Source of the DNA: an uncultured Gemmatimonadaceae bacterium
GTDB lineage: Bacteria; Gemmatimonadota; Gemmatimonadetes; Gemmatimonadales; Gemmatimonadaceae
Reading direction: 5' to 3'
NCBI GenBank assembly: GCA_963817955.1
Contig: CAWFQK010000002.1
Span: forward strand, 576,001-640,000
Length of the DNA: 64,000 nucleotides
The notes under the pieces are model-generated. The model did no database searches and was not told the origin of the DNA. It saw only the letters and a program-made list of their open reading frames with translations. The first letter of the stretch is position 1; each line of letters opens with the position of its first letter. The translations under genes and the position numbers were made by a program. Below are positions 40,494-50,356 of this stretch, in pieces.

Positions 40494-41558
40494 TCAGCTC
40501 AGCTCCGTTGCAGTGCGGGTGAGCACCCGAGCCGCGAGAGCGATCCCGGTTCCGCGCATGTTCGCGAGGGTGTCCCGCATGGTGTGGACGCGTTGAAGCG
40601 TACGCAGATTGCCGCGGCTGAGTGTCGCCGTCTCCCAACCCGCGGCAGCCAGGGCGACATGATCAGTCAATACACCGGGAATCAGGCGAATGATGCGCGC
40701 CGGCTCGCCCGCCGCTTCACACGCGCGATCGAGTGCCGCCAGGAGCGTACGCGGAGTCGACGCGGCGTGCATGACCGTGAGCCGTCCCTCGTCATCAATA
40801 CTGTCGCAGTTGAGCGCCACGCCTGGCGAACGCGACCGTGCCCAGGCACGGGCGCCAGCGAGGCCGAGCTCTTCTCCATCCGTGATCAGCACGCCGACAT
40901 TGACGCTCGGCGGCATCGACTCGGCGGCGTGGAGCACCGCGGATACGCCGCTCGCATTATCGAGCGTACCATGATTGCGCCGCCCAACGGTGGACAGGAG
41001 CAGCGGAATGGCGCCCAACCAGCTCACGGCGAGCACGACGTTTGCCGCCACACCACGCGCGCCCAGCCCGACCACGCAGACAATGATCACACCGATGAGT
41101 CCGGCGGCAGATAGCGCCACGCCACCAACGCGCGTGATCATCGAGACCGGCTGCGACTTGGAGTCGAGGTGGGCGACGAGCCAGACACGCGGTTCACCGT
41201 CGCGGCGCCGCGCACACACGTTGACACCCGCGCGCCGCATGAGCGGCAAGTCGAGCACCCCGAAGCGTGCGACGTATGCGAATATCGGCACGATCACCGC
41301 TACCACTGCGGCGAGCACCAGCCACGCCACCGCTGTACCGCGCCCCAGGTACGCGGCGCCGGCGAACAGGGCGACGCCGGCGCCGGCCAGCGGCGTCGCC
41401 CAGGCGCCGGGAAAGTATGAAAATTCGAATGGCTGTTCGGTGACGATAAACCCCGCTGCCCGCAGCACGCGCGCGCAGTACTCGCGCGCCTCGCCGGCGT
41501 CGCCGACCGGGCGAGATGCGGCGCCGAGCCGCGCCAGGTGCGGCGACGCCGCGTCCAT
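40494..41558 (-). CDS. Membrane M28 family peptidase
   Basis: AHLDS, DNASG, DGEELGLAG, TDH, HT..D. Confidence 0.85.
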   Translation of the reverse strand: MDAASPHLARLGAASRPVGDAGEAREYCARVLRAAGFIVTEQPFEFSYFPGAWATPLAGAGVALFAGAAYLGRGTAVAWLVLAAVVAVIVPIFAYVARFGVLDLPLMRRAGVNVCARRRDGEPRVWLVAHLDSKSQPVSMITRVGGVALSAAGLIGVIIVCVVGLGARGVAANVVLAVSWLGAIPLLLSTVGRRNHGTLDNASGVSAVLHAAESMPPSVNVGVLITDGEELGLAGARAWARSRSPGVALNCDSIDDEGRLTVMHAASTPRTLLAALDRACEAAGEPARIIRLIPGVLTDHVALAAAGWETATLSRGNLRTLQRVHTMRDTLANMRGTGIALAARVLTRTATELS

Positions 41559-42458
41559 TTACTCCACCGTCGCCAGCTCCGCACTCCGCAGCAGCTCGGC
41601 GACGAGCGTTCGCTGCGCATTGTCCAGGGACAGCAGCGGTGACCGAACCGGACCGCCCGCAAGACCAACCTGATCCATGGCGGCCTTCACACCCGCAACG
41701 CCGAACTCCCCCACGATCCTGGTTCCGAGAGGCGAGAGGCGCTCCTGTGCCGCCGCGGCCGGCGATTGCTCGCCGTGGCTCGCCGCATCGTACACGTCGA
41801 GTGTCAGCGCTCCCGCGAACAGCGCCACCGCCAGAATACCGCCGCGCGACCCGATCGACAGCGCGTGATTGAACATGGGCGCGTTGCCCGTCAGCACCGA
41901 AAATCGTTCCGACTGCACCTGCATGTACGACGCGAACAGCTCACGATTGCCAGAGCTATCCTTGATACCGATCACGTTCTCGTGCGTGGCCAGCTCGGCG
42001 ACGAGCGTCGGCGCGAGCGTGAAGTGCATGTACTTCGGAATGTTGTACAGCACCACCGGCACCGGACTCTCATCGGCGACGCGCCAGTAGTGTTGCCTCA
42101 GCGCCAGGTCCGTCATCGCCGCGCCATAGTAGTGCGGCGCGACCACGAGGACGGCGTCCGCCCCGCGCGCGCCCGCGTCCCGGCTCAGCTGTACGCAGGC
42201 GCGCGTCGACTCCGCCCCTGTCCCGACGATCAGGACCCTGTCGCGGGATACCATCTCGCGTGCCGCATCGACCAGCGCGGCGCGCTCGGCCATGTCGAGC
42301 AGCGCCGCCTCACCGGTCGAGCCGGTCACGACGACGCCGGTCATGCCGGCCTTCATGTGCACATCGATGTTCGCGGCGAACGCCGCCAGATCTACGTCGC
42401 CCGTGTCGCGATAGTACGTCGTGACGACGGGTGCGAATACGCCAGATAGCTGTTTCAT
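41559..42458 (-). CDS. Dihydrodipicolinate synthase family aldolase
   Basis: GSTGE, LYNIP, GIKDSSG. Confidence 0.92.
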   Translation of the reverse strand: MKQLSGVFAPVVTTYYRDTGDVDLAAFAANIDVHMKAGMTGVVVTGSTGEAALLDMAERAALVDAAREMVSRDRVLIVGTGAESTRACVQLSRDAGARGADAVLVVAPHYYGAAMTDLALRQHYWRVADESPVPVVLYNIPKYMHFTLAPTLVAELATHENVIGIKDSSGNRELFASYMQVQSERFSVLTGNAPMFNHALSIGSRGGILAVALFAGALTLDVYDAASHGEQSPAAAAQERLSPLGTRIVGEFGVAGVKAAMDQVGLAGGPVRSPLLSLDNAQRTLVAELLRSAELATVE

Positions 42459-42460
42459 TA

Positions 42461-43648
42461 TTATTGATTCAGGAAGTCCAGTCCGCCGGTTTGTATGCGT
42501 TCCATTGCCGTCCCTTCCGACTCGTGCTGCACGGCAAGCTCCTCGTCCGACGGCACGTCCGCGATGTTCACCGAGGCTGAGAGCCGCGAGAACATCCGCA
42601 TCTTGAGCTCGAAATCCGACGGATTGCTCGCCGCGGCTTTCGCCACCGCAAACGTCACTTCACCGCTCGCCACGAGATCGGCAAGGCATTGGTCAAACGT
42701 CTGCATGCCGTACTGGTCGCGTCCGTCCGCGATGAAGTCCTTGATCTCGCCGATGTGTGTCCCTTCCATGATCAGATCCTTGATCGACGGCGTGTTGATC
42801 ATGATCTCCGCGGCTACCGCCCGTCCCTTGCCGGAACGCTTCGGCAGCAGGCGCTGCGAGATGACCGCTGTCAGCGACTCGGCGAGGCGAATGCGCACCA
42901 CATCCTGCTCTTCGGCCGGGAACATCGCCACCATGCGCATGATCGTGCTCTGCGCATCCGGAGTGTGCAGCGTGGACATGAGCACGTGGCCCGTCTCCGC
43001 GGCCTTGAGCGCCGTGTCGATCGTCTCGGCATCGCGCAACTCACCGATCATGATGACATCAGGATCCTGACGGAGCGCGGCGCGCAAACCCATCTTGAAA
43101 TCCTCGGTGTCCGAGCCAATCTCCCGCTGCGTCACCGAACAGTTCTTGTCCTTGTGCAGGAACTCGATCGGGTTCTCGAGCGTCAGGATGTGACCCGACT
43201 CGCGCTCATTGATGTGGTTGATCAACGCCGCCATCGTGCTCGACTTTCCGGAGCCGGTCACGCCGGTCACCAACACCATGCCGCGCTCGGCTTCAGCAAC
43301 CTTCGCCAGCACGAGCGGCAGACCCAGTTTCTGGAACGTGGGAATCTCCCACGGAATCACGCGCATGATGATCGAGAACGATCCGCGTTGCTTCATGATA
43401 TTCACGCGGAAGCGTCCGATGCCCGCCGCAGCCCAGGAGCAGTCGTAGTCGAGAATCTTGTCGATCCGCGCCTTGTCGTCGTCGTTGTGCATCAGGTGCA
43501 GCGCGATCGCTCGCGTCTGGTCCGGCGTCAGCGCCTGTCTCGTGAGCGGCACGAGGTCGCCGTTGATGCGCGCACGAAAGACGTCGCCGGCTTTCATGTG
43601 CAGATCCGACGCACCGCGATCGACAGCGGCCTTGATGATCTTTTCCAT
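42461..43648 (-). CDS. pilT: Type IV pilus retraction ATPase PilT/PilU family
   Basis: ASDLH, RFRVN, GVTGSGKSST, ALRQDPD, ETGH, GMQTFD. Confidence 0.9.
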   Translation of the reverse strand: MEKIIKAAVDRGASDLHMKAGDVFRARINGDLVPLTRQALTPDQTRAIALHLMHNDDDKARIDKILDYDCSWAAAGIGRFRVNIMKQRGSFSIIMRVIPWEIPTFQKLGLPLVLAKVAEAERGMVLVTGVTGSGKSSTMAALINHINERESGHILTLENPIEFLHKDKNCSVTQREIGSDTEDFKMGLRAALRQDPDVIMIGELRDAETIDTALKAAETGHVLMSTLHTPDAQSTIMRMVAMFPAEEQDVVRIRLAESLTAVISQRLLPKRSGKGRAVAAEIMINTPSIKDLIMEGTHIGEIKDFIADGRDQYGMQTFDQCLADLVASGEVTFAVAKAAASNPSDFELKMRMFSRLSASVNIADVPSDEELAVQHESEGTAMERIQTGGLDFLNQ

Positions 43649-43713
43649 TCGCTACCCTTTCGTCAGCGTCGCGCCGAACGTCATGCCAACGCCGCGGTCA
43701 CATGCGGTTGCGT

Positions 43714-44748
43714 TCAATATCCTGCCCTCTTGTCCACGACGTTCCGAAGCGATTCGCCATTCACATATCGTCGCCAATTGTCGAGGAACAAATCGAGCTG
43801 GCGTGGCCAGAAGCGGCCAGGCGATACGGGCGACACGTGCGGTGTCAGGAGAACCTGACGAAGCTGCCATAGCGGGCTGTCGGGCGCCAGTGGCTCGTGA
43901 CGGAACACGTCCAACACGGCCCCGCGTAGTCGACCTGTCTTCAGCCGCTCCACGAGCGCCACGTCGTCGAGCATCGCGCCACGGGCCACGTTCACCACGA
44001 TGGCTGACGGCGGCAGCAGATCGAGGCGCTCCGCCGTCAATAGGCCGTTCGTTTCGCCGGTGAGCGGCGCGGCGATCACGACCACGTCATGGATCGGCAA
44101 CTCGTCGTCGATCTGGTCGAGGCCGACGACACGCGCGAATCCCGGGGGTGCACCGAGGCCCACGCGTCGCCGCACACCGGTGCACGTCGCGCCGAGCGCG
44201 GTGAGCCGCTCTGCGGTCGCGCCGCCCAAGCCGCCGACACCGATGATCAGCGCGTGGACCGTGTCCATTTCGCGCATCACCGCGTTCTCCTGCACGAACG
44301 GCTGCTTGTTCCACTCGGCGCGACGCTGTTGGTCGATCGCGAAGTCGAGTCCGCGCAGAAAATGGAGGATGCCGGCGATGCAGTACTCGGCGATCGGAAT
44401 GGCGTGAACGCCTGCCGAGTTGGTGAACAACACCCCGCTGGCCATCATCTCGGGATAGAGGGCGCTTCCCACGCCGGCAGCCGCGGAGTGCGCCCACCGG
44501 AGGCGTTTGGCCTCGAGAAAGAGCGGTCGCGGTATGCCGAAGCCGAAGTACACTTCGGCGTCGCGCACGGCGTCCATGACCTCGTCGCTCGGCCGCGGCG
44601 GGCCATCGCCGTCGGAGCTGGTGACGGCGCGAACGACGTGCACGGTCCAGCCGTGGGGCGCTTCGTCCAGGAGACGATGCTCGCCTTCGGAAGTGAGCGC
44701 CCAGTTTTTCGATTTCGCCGCGAGATCGACGACGAGTAGACGATCCAT
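43714..44748 (-). CDS. D-2-hydroxyacid dehydrogenase
   Basis: GVGGLG, NVARG, LDVF..EPL, TPH. Confidence 0.92.
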   Translation of the reverse strand: MDRLLVVDLAAKSKNWALTSEGEHRLLDEAPHGWTVHVVRAVTSSDGDGPPRPSDEVMDAVRDAEVYFGFGIPRPLFLEAKRLRWAHSAAAGVGSALYPEMMASGVLFTNSAGVHAIPIAEYCIAGILHFLRGLDFAIDQQRRAEWNKQPFVQENAVMREMDTVHALIIGVGGLGGATAERLTALGATCTGVRRRVGLGAPPGFARVVGLDQIDDELPIHDVVVIAAPLTGETNGLLTAERLDLLPPSAIVVNVARGAMLDDVALVERLKTGRLRGAVLDVFRHEPLAPDSPLWQLRQVLLTPHVSPVSPGRFWPRQLDLFLDNWRRYVNGESLRNVVDKRAGY

Positions 44749-45408
44749 CTAGTCGGTGGTGATGCTGACGACGTCCGGGAGTCCGCGAAGTCGGTCACAG
44801 AGGACGTCGAATTGCTTGGTCGCGCCGATGAGCTCGAGCTCAAAGGTGCGATCCGTGTCGTGCTCAAATGTACGTCGCGAGTAGATGTGAACGCCGTTCT
44901 TTCGAATCAGCTCTTCGAACGTGTCGAACCCGACGCCGGGCTTGACACGCAATGTCGCGGTCACTCGCCGGCGCTTGGCAAGCAACCGAGTTTCGAACGG
45001 GCGCAGCCCCACGAGGATGAGCATGATGAGCACGGTCGAACCGCATGCGTCAACGTATGCGCCGGCACCCACGGCCATACCGATTGCCGCTACGACCCAG
45101 ATCGTGGCAGCAGTGGTGAGTCCAATGACCGCGCCTTCGCCATGCAGGATCGCGCCGGCGCCGAGAAAGCCGATGCCCGACACGATCTGTGCGGCGATGC
45201 GTCCGGGGTCGCCGTATGGATGGCCGTCTTGTGCAAAGCCCGCCTCGCTCACGTCTACGGACAGCTGCATCAACATGGCCGCCCCGACGCAGATGAGGAT
45301 GTTGGTGCGAAGGCCAGCTGGCTTCCCGGCCATCTCCCGCTCGAGGCCAACGGCGCCCCCGAGCAGCGTGGCGAGCAGGAGCTTGCCAAGCATGCTGAGC
45401 CGTAGCAC
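44749..45408 (-). CDS. MgtC/SapB family protein (start may lie upstream)
   Basis: GLERE, AGLRT, RIAAQIVSGIGFLGAG, GLTTAA. Confidence 0.92.
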   Translation of the reverse strand: MLRLSMLGKLLLATLLGGAVGLEREMAGKPAGLRTNILICVGAAMLMQLSVDVSEAGFAQDGHPYGDPGRIAAQIVSGIGFLGAGAILHGEGAVIGLTTAATIWVVAAIGMAVGAGAYVDACGSTVLIMLILVGLRPFETRLLAKRRRVTATLRVKPGVGFDTFEELIRKNGVHIYSRRTFEHDTDRTFELELIGATKQFDVLCDRLRGLPDVVSITTD

Positions 45409-45506
45409 TTCTGCAACGCTGGCGGCCGCTTGGGTGAGGTTGGCGGCGATGTGTTGAGAGATGATGATGCGCTACTCCCGCCCGTCATCACCGCATGCGT
45501 CTGGCG

Positions 45507-45767
45507 TCAACGCATGTCGAGATCGCGAACGTCTCCAGGTGAAGTATCCGGCGATGAATCGCCGTAGCTAATGCTCCGCGCCTGTTCTTCGAGCGATGCG
45601 ATCGAGGCTTCGTCGGGCTCCGTCGGGGTGGAAAAATTCCGAAACACCGTTCCGCCGCATTTGTCACATTTCACGGCGTTCGGCACTACCTGATCGTAGA
45701 ACTTCTCGTTGCCGCACGTCATGCACACCAGCGTCACGAGACCGCGCGGACCCGTCCCATCAGCCAT
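45507..45767 (-). CDS. Small zinc-ribbon protein
   Basis: CMTCG...CDKCGG, acidic tail. Confidence 0.7.
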   Translation of the reverse strand: MADGTGPRGLVTLVCMTCGNEKFYDQVVPNAVKCDKCGGTVFRNFSTPTEPDEASIASLEEQARSISYGDSSPDTSPGDVRDLDMR

Positions 45768-45870
45768 GATCCACTCGCGTTGAGGTTACGAGCTCCTCTT
45801 GCAAGAGACATGCGGCACGGACACGTGGATAATGCGGCCTCGGCAGTGAGAGCGGAAGGTTCGCGTCTGT

Positions 45871-46374
45871 TCAGTACCCAGGCTTCTGCACGGCTTCGAA
45901 CAGGATCTGCAGCGCAATCATCCCGAGTAGGAGGAGCGACGCGAGGGGGCGGCGGCGAGGCGCTTTCGGCAGCGAACGCCGATAGGCGAACCAGCAGGCC
46001 ACGATCACGACGCTCTCCACCAGGAGGTCGCCGAGCGGGTGCGCGTAGAGCATCAGCCCGACCATTGGTCCGCCGGGCCAGGTCGGTTTCGTGCCCGTGA
46101 TGAAATCCGCTGGCCAGTGTGACGCATACGTGAGCCAGACCACGCTCGCGTCGGCCAGTTGACGTGTGGCAACGAAATAGAGGAGCGCGAGCAACGTAGC
46201 GCCGAGCGCCACCGAGACAATGGAGTGCGACAACGCCTTGTCATAATTGCCGAAGGCGTTGAGCACCCATTCGATCCAGTCGGGAGCGAACGCCGCGGGA
46301 ACGAGCACGGCGAATGGAATGCGCGGGCGTTTGCTCTTGGCGAGTGTCGCCAGCGCGGCGTGACCGACGTACAC
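45871..46374 (-). CDS. Membrane metal-dependent hydrolase-like protein
   Basis: MYVGH, PD, SHS, SHWPAD conserved-looking His/Asp plus TMs. Confidence 0.7.
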   Translation of the reverse strand: MYVGHAALATLAKSKRPRIPFAVLVPAAFAPDWIEWVLNAFGNYDKALSHSIVSVALGATLLALLYFVATRQLADASVVWLTYASHWPADFITGTKPTWPGGPMVGLMLYAHPLGDLLVESVVIVACWFAYRRSLPKAPRRRPLASLLLLGMIALQILFEAVQKPGY

Positions 46375-46470
46375 TCAGCGCGTCCGACGCAGCAGCCGGT
46401 CAACGACCACGAGCAGCACCACCGGAGCGACGAGCGCGCCTGCCACCGTCAGCCAGGTAAGGAGATCCAT
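46375..46470 (-). CDS. Small single-TM protein (31 aa)
   Basis: MDLLTWLTVAGALVAPVVLLVVVDRLLRRTR; stop abuts next start. Confidence 0.45.
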   Translation of the reverse strand: MDLLTWLTVAGALVAPVVLLVVVDRLLRRTR

Positions 46471-46522
46471 CCGCTGCATGACGGAATGCGGCGCGGGGAT
46501 CACGCCGCACGTCCCGGAGTGA

Positions 46523-46783
46523 TCAATAGGGTCTTGCTGGCCGGCTCTTCTTCTGCGCGCACTCGTCGCACAGCGTCGCGCTCGCCTGCAGCCGCGCTCC
46601 GCAACAACCGCACAAGCTGTACACGCGCACGCCGGTGGACGTGACATCTCGATGAATCGACGGTGTGAACCGGACGAAGTTCAGCGGCCATTGCACGCCC
46701 GTGGGCTGCAGGGGGCGCCGTGTAAAGACGGCCCGGACGCGCGCGAGAATCCGACGGAAGAACTGCCCACGAAGAAACTGCAT
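46523..46783 (-). CDS. Small protein with C-terminal zinc-ribbon-like motif
   Basis: CGCCG...LCDEC; fits gap in minus-strand run. Confidence 0.5.
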   Translation of the reverse strand: MQFLRGQFFRRILARVRAVFTRRPLQPTGVQWPLNFVRFTPSIHRDVTSTGVRVYSLCGCCGARLQASATLCDECAQKKSRPARPY

Positions 46784-46912
46784 GGCAAACTGGGATCGAG
46801 CCGCGCTCTCGCCAGGTCCGCACCGGCAACGCGCGGCGGCACTGCCGGCGGTGTGACTGGCCGGTCAAAATGCACGGCTCATGCCGCGTGCGATGCAGTA
46901 ACCAGAGCACGA

Positions 46913-47926
46913 TCAGAACCCCATCCGCTCGCGGACGGCGTCCATGGTCTCTCGCGCCAGAGCGCGGCAGCGATCAGCGCCCGCCGCAAGCGCGTCGTCC
47001 ACCACCGCCGGCTTCGCCGCAAGCTCAGCGGCGCGACGGCGAATCGGCACCAGCTCCGTCTCCATCGATTCGGCGAGCACCTTCTTGCAGTCGATGCAAC
47101 CCCACCCTGCGGTGCTGCATTGCACCGTCACGTGCTCCACCGTCGCCGGCGGACTGAACGCTCGGTGTAGATGGTAGATGTTGCAGACTTCAGGCGTGCC
47201 CGGGTCAGTCCTCTTGATGCGCTTGGGATCTGTGAAGGCCGGACGCAGCTTCGCCCAGATGGTCTCGGGCGATTCGAGCAGGCCAATGGTGTTGCCCATC
47301 GATTTCGACATCTTCGACTGGCCGTCGAGTCCCATGATGCGGCGCGTCGGCGTGAGCAACGCCTTGGGCTCGGCAAAGAATTCCTCGCGCTCGTCTGTGC
47401 CTTCTTCCGTCCTGCGTCCTGTGAGCCGGCCGAACATGCTGTTCCAGCGGCGTGCGACCACGCGCGACAGCTCGAGATGTTGAACCTGATCCTCCCCAAC
47501 CGGCACAGAGTCGGCGCGGTACAGCAGAATGTCTGCCGCCTGCAGCACAGGATAGTTCAACAGCCCCGCGGCAACGGATTCCTGTCGCGCCGCTTTCTCC
47601 TTGAACTGCGTCTGCCGTTCCAGCTCGCCGAGTGGCGTGATGGTGTTGAACAACCACGCAAGCTCGGTATGTTCCGGAACCTGCGACTGCACGAACAAGG
47701 ATGCGACGTTCGGGTCGATGCCGGCCGACAGGAGACCGATCGCCATATCGCGCCGGCGATCGCGGAGCTGCGCGGGCTCGTATTGGACCGTGATCGCGTG
47801 GTAGTCCACGATGCAGAAGATCGACTCGTACTGCTGTTGCAGCGCGACCCAGTTCCTGACCGCGCCGAGGTAGTTGCCGATGTGCAGCTCCCCGGACGGC
47901 TGAATTCCACTGAATATCCGTGACAT
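46913..47926 (-). CDS. trpS: Tryptophan--tRNA ligase
   Basis: SGIQPSG, HIGNY, VPVGEDQ, KMSKS. Confidence 0.98.
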   Translation of the reverse strand: MSRIFSGIQPSGELHIGNYLGAVRNWVALQQQYESIFCIVDYHAITVQYEPAQLRDRRRDMAIGLLSAGIDPNVASLFVQSQVPEHTELAWLFNTITPLGELERQTQFKEKAARQESVAAGLLNYPVLQAADILLYRADSVPVGEDQVQHLELSRVVARRWNSMFGRLTGRRTEEGTDEREEFFAEPKALLTPTRRIMGLDGQSKMSKSMGNTIGLLESPETIWAKLRPAFTDPKRIKRTDPGTPEVCNIYHLHRAFSPPATVEHVTVQCSTAGWGCIDCKKVLAESMETELVPIRRRAAELAAKPAVVDDALAAGADRCRALARETMDAVRERMGF

Positions 47927-47928
47927 CC

Positions 47929-48720
47929 GTGCAAGCTAATACGCCACGTGCGCTGCTGGCGACCTGCGTCGCCGCCGCAGCTCGCGCCGCCGATATCATT
48001 CGCGACCGCTCGGTCAATCGTCTTGACATCCAGTGGGAGCACAAGGCCCGCGCCGACTTCGTGAGCGATGTCGACCGCAGCGCGGAACTCGCGATCACCG
48101 AAGTCGTGATGGCGCGCCACCCCGACGCGCGGATCCTTGGCGAGGAGTTCTCCCCGTTGCTCGACCTGAGCCACGGCCTCGTATTCGTGGCTGATCCGCT
48201 CGACGGCACCACGAATTACCTCCACGGCTTTCCGTGGTACGCCGTCTCGATCGGCGCACTGATGGACGGTGGGCTCGTCGCGGGAGTGGTGCTGAATGTC
48301 GCCAACGGCGAATTGTTCACCGCCACCGCCGGCGGCGGCGCGCGCATGAACGGTCAGCCGATATCCGTCTCACCGATCACCGAGCCGCTCCGTTCACTCA
48401 TCGGCACGGGCTTCCCTTTCAAGGAAGCGGGACAGATCGATCAGTACATACAAACCGTCCCCGCGATCATGCGTGAGACCGCCGGCATCCGCCGCCCCGG
48501 CTCGGCCGCGCTCGACTTGGCGGACGTGGCCTGCGGACGATTCGAGGCGTTCTGGGAAATGCAACTCGCGCCCTGGGATATTGCCGCGGGCATTCTGCTG
48601 GTGCGCGAAGCCGGCGGCATCGTCACGGACTTCACCGGCGCACCATGTTCAGTGGCTCACACACCGCTGGTTGCCGGAAACCCGGCCATGCACGCCTGGC
48701 TGCTGGAGCGCGTGCGATAG
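47929..48720 (+). CDS. suhB: Inositol monophosphatase family protein
   Basis: GEE, DPLDGTTNY, GSAALDL, WDIAAG; start GTG 47920 or 47929. Confidence 0.9.
   Translation: MQANTPRALLATCVAAAARAADIIRDRSVNRLDIQWEHKARADFVSDVDRSAELAITEVVMARHPDARILGEEFSPLLDLSHGLVFVADPLDGTTNYLHGFPWYAVSIGALMDGGLVAGVVLNVANGELFTATAGGGARMNGQPISVSPITEPLRSLIGTGFPFKEAGQIDQYIQTVPAIMRETAGIRRPGSAALDLADVACGRFEAFWEMQLAPWDIAAGILLVREAGGIVTDFTGAPCSVAHTPLVAGNPAMHAWLLERVR
47933..47938 (-). promoter_or_regulatory. -10 box TAGCTT 6 nt before trpS ATG (leaderless), inside suhB 5' end
   Basis: aagcta on + strand. Confidence 0.55.
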
Positions 48721-48771
48721 CGAGATAGATTCCAGCGTTCCCCTTCGCAGCCCTTCACCAGCCCACAGGCC

Positions 48772-50295
48772 ATGAAGCTCGTCGAGTGCGTCCCCAACTT
48801 CTCTGAAGGCCGCCGTCCGGAGATCGTCAAGAAGATCCGCGACGCCATCGCCGCCGTCGATGGCGTCGTGATTCTCGATGTCTCATCTGACCAATCGCAC
48901 AATCGCACGGTCGTCACCTTCGTGGCGCCCGTGGAGAAGGCGGAGGCTGCGGCGTTCGCCGGCATTCGCGAGGCACGCGAGCACATTGATCTGAATCACC
49001 ATACTGGCGAGCACCCGCGTATGGGCGCCACCGATGTCGTGCCGTTCATTCCGCTCGAGGGCACGACGATGGATGATTGCATCGTTCTCGCGCGAACACT
49101 CGGCGAACGCGTCGGGCGTGAGCTCGAGATTCCGGTGTTCCTCTACGAGCGGGCAGCCACCACATCGGCGCGCGAGAATCTCGCTGACGTCCGCCGTGGC
49201 GAGTTTGAGGGCATTCGCGACGAAATGGCCGCCGGCGCGGCGAGCCGCATACCGGACTTCGGTCCGTCAAAGATTCACGCGACGGCCGGCGCCGTCGCGA
49301 TCGGAGCGCGTCCTTTCCTCGTTGCGTTCAATGTGTACCTCGGTCCGGCGACCAACCTCCCGGTGGCCAAGAAGGTTGCAAAGGCGGTTCGCGGCTCGTC
49401 GGGCGGCCTACGGTACGTGAAGGGATTGGGCCTGGAGGTCGAGGGCCAGGCGCAGGTGTCGATGAACCTCGTCGACACTGAGAAGACCCCGCTCCACCGC
49501 GCGTACGATCTGGTGAAGATGGAGGCCGAGGCGCAGGGAGTATCGCCCACCTGGAGCGAGATCGTCGGACTCGTGCCGGAGAAGGCGCTGTTCGACACCG
49601 CCGCGCACCATGCCCAGCTCCGTGACTTCAAGCCGGACATGGTGCTCGAGCACAAGGTGCGCGCCGCGATGCAAGGCGGTGAGTCGCTCACCGGGTTCGT
49701 CGCGTCAGTTGCATCATCGGCACCCACGCCGGGTGGTGGCAGTGTCGCGGCGCACGTCGGTGCGCTGGGCGCGGCGCTGGCGCAGATGGTCGCCGGCCTC
49801 ACCGCCGGCCGCAAGAAGTACGCGGCGGTCGATGCGGAGATGCGCGAACTGGGACTCACGGCGGCAGGGCTCGTCAATACGCTCTCGACGCTCGTTCAAA
49901 GAGATTCTGACTCTTATACCGCCGTCTCCACCGCCTACAAGATGTCTACGGACGGCGAGGATGCCGTGGTCACCCGGAAGGCGGCGATCACCGAGGCCCT
50001 GCTCGGGGCAGCCAAAGTGCCGCTCGAAACAGCCCGCGCCTGTACGCGGGTCGCCGAACTCGCCGCGGTGTGCGCCAACAAGGGCAACAGTAACGCTGTA
50101 TCCGACGCCGGTGTGGCCGCGCTTCTCGCTGAAGCCGCGTGCCGGGGCGCTGTCTATAATGTCCGGATCAACGTCTCCTCATTGGAGGATCGATCGCGCG
50201 GTGCGGGGCTCCTGGAGGAGGCCAATCAGCTGCTTGCGCAAACTACGGCGCACGTGGAGCGGGCGACGGCGGCGGTGGAGCGGGCGATCGGATGA
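48772..50295 (+). CDS. ftcD: Bifunctional glutamate formiminotransferase / cyclodeaminase
   Basis: ECVPNFSEGR, HNRTV, HPRMGATDV, QVSMN; C-terminal PTPGGGS, SDAG, NVRIN. Confidence 0.93.
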   Translation: MKLVECVPNFSEGRRPEIVKKIRDAIAAVDGVVILDVSSDQSHNRTVVTFVAPVEKAEAAAFAGIREAREHIDLNHHTGEHPRMGATDVVPFIPLEGTTMDDCIVLARTLGERVGRELEIPVFLYERAATTSARENLADVRRGEFEGIRDEMAAGAASRIPDFGPSKIHATAGAVAIGARPFLVAFNVYLGPATNLPVAKKVAKAVRGSSGGLRYVKGLGLEVEGQAQVSMNLVDTEKTPLHRAYDLVKMEAEAQGVSPTWSEIVGLVPEKALFDTAAHHAQLRDFKPDMVLEHKVRAAMQGGESLTGFVASVASSAPTPGGGSVAAHVGALGAALAQMVAGLTAGRKKYAAVDAEMRELGLTAAGLVNTLSTLVQRDSDSYTAVSTAYKMSTDGEDAVVTRKAAITEALLGAAKVPLETARACTRVAELAAVCANKGNSNAVSDAGVAALLAEAACRGAVYNVRINVSSLEDRSRGAGLLEEANQLLAQTTAHVERATAAVERAIG

Positions 50296-50299
50296 TCAT

Positions 50300-50345
50300 C
50301 AACGGTCACGATCGGCCGGGCGAGCCGGTCCGATCGTGACCGTTG
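50300..50345. terminator. Long inverted repeat between convergent genes
   Basis: CAACGGTCACGATCGG ... CCGATCGTGACCGTTG. Confidence 0.65.
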
Positions 50346-50356
50346 CGCGCATACAA

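Noticed and set aside
43652..43684. 10-codon ORF MTFGATLTKG just upstream of pilT
   Set aside because: Too short to support; no RBS or other evidence
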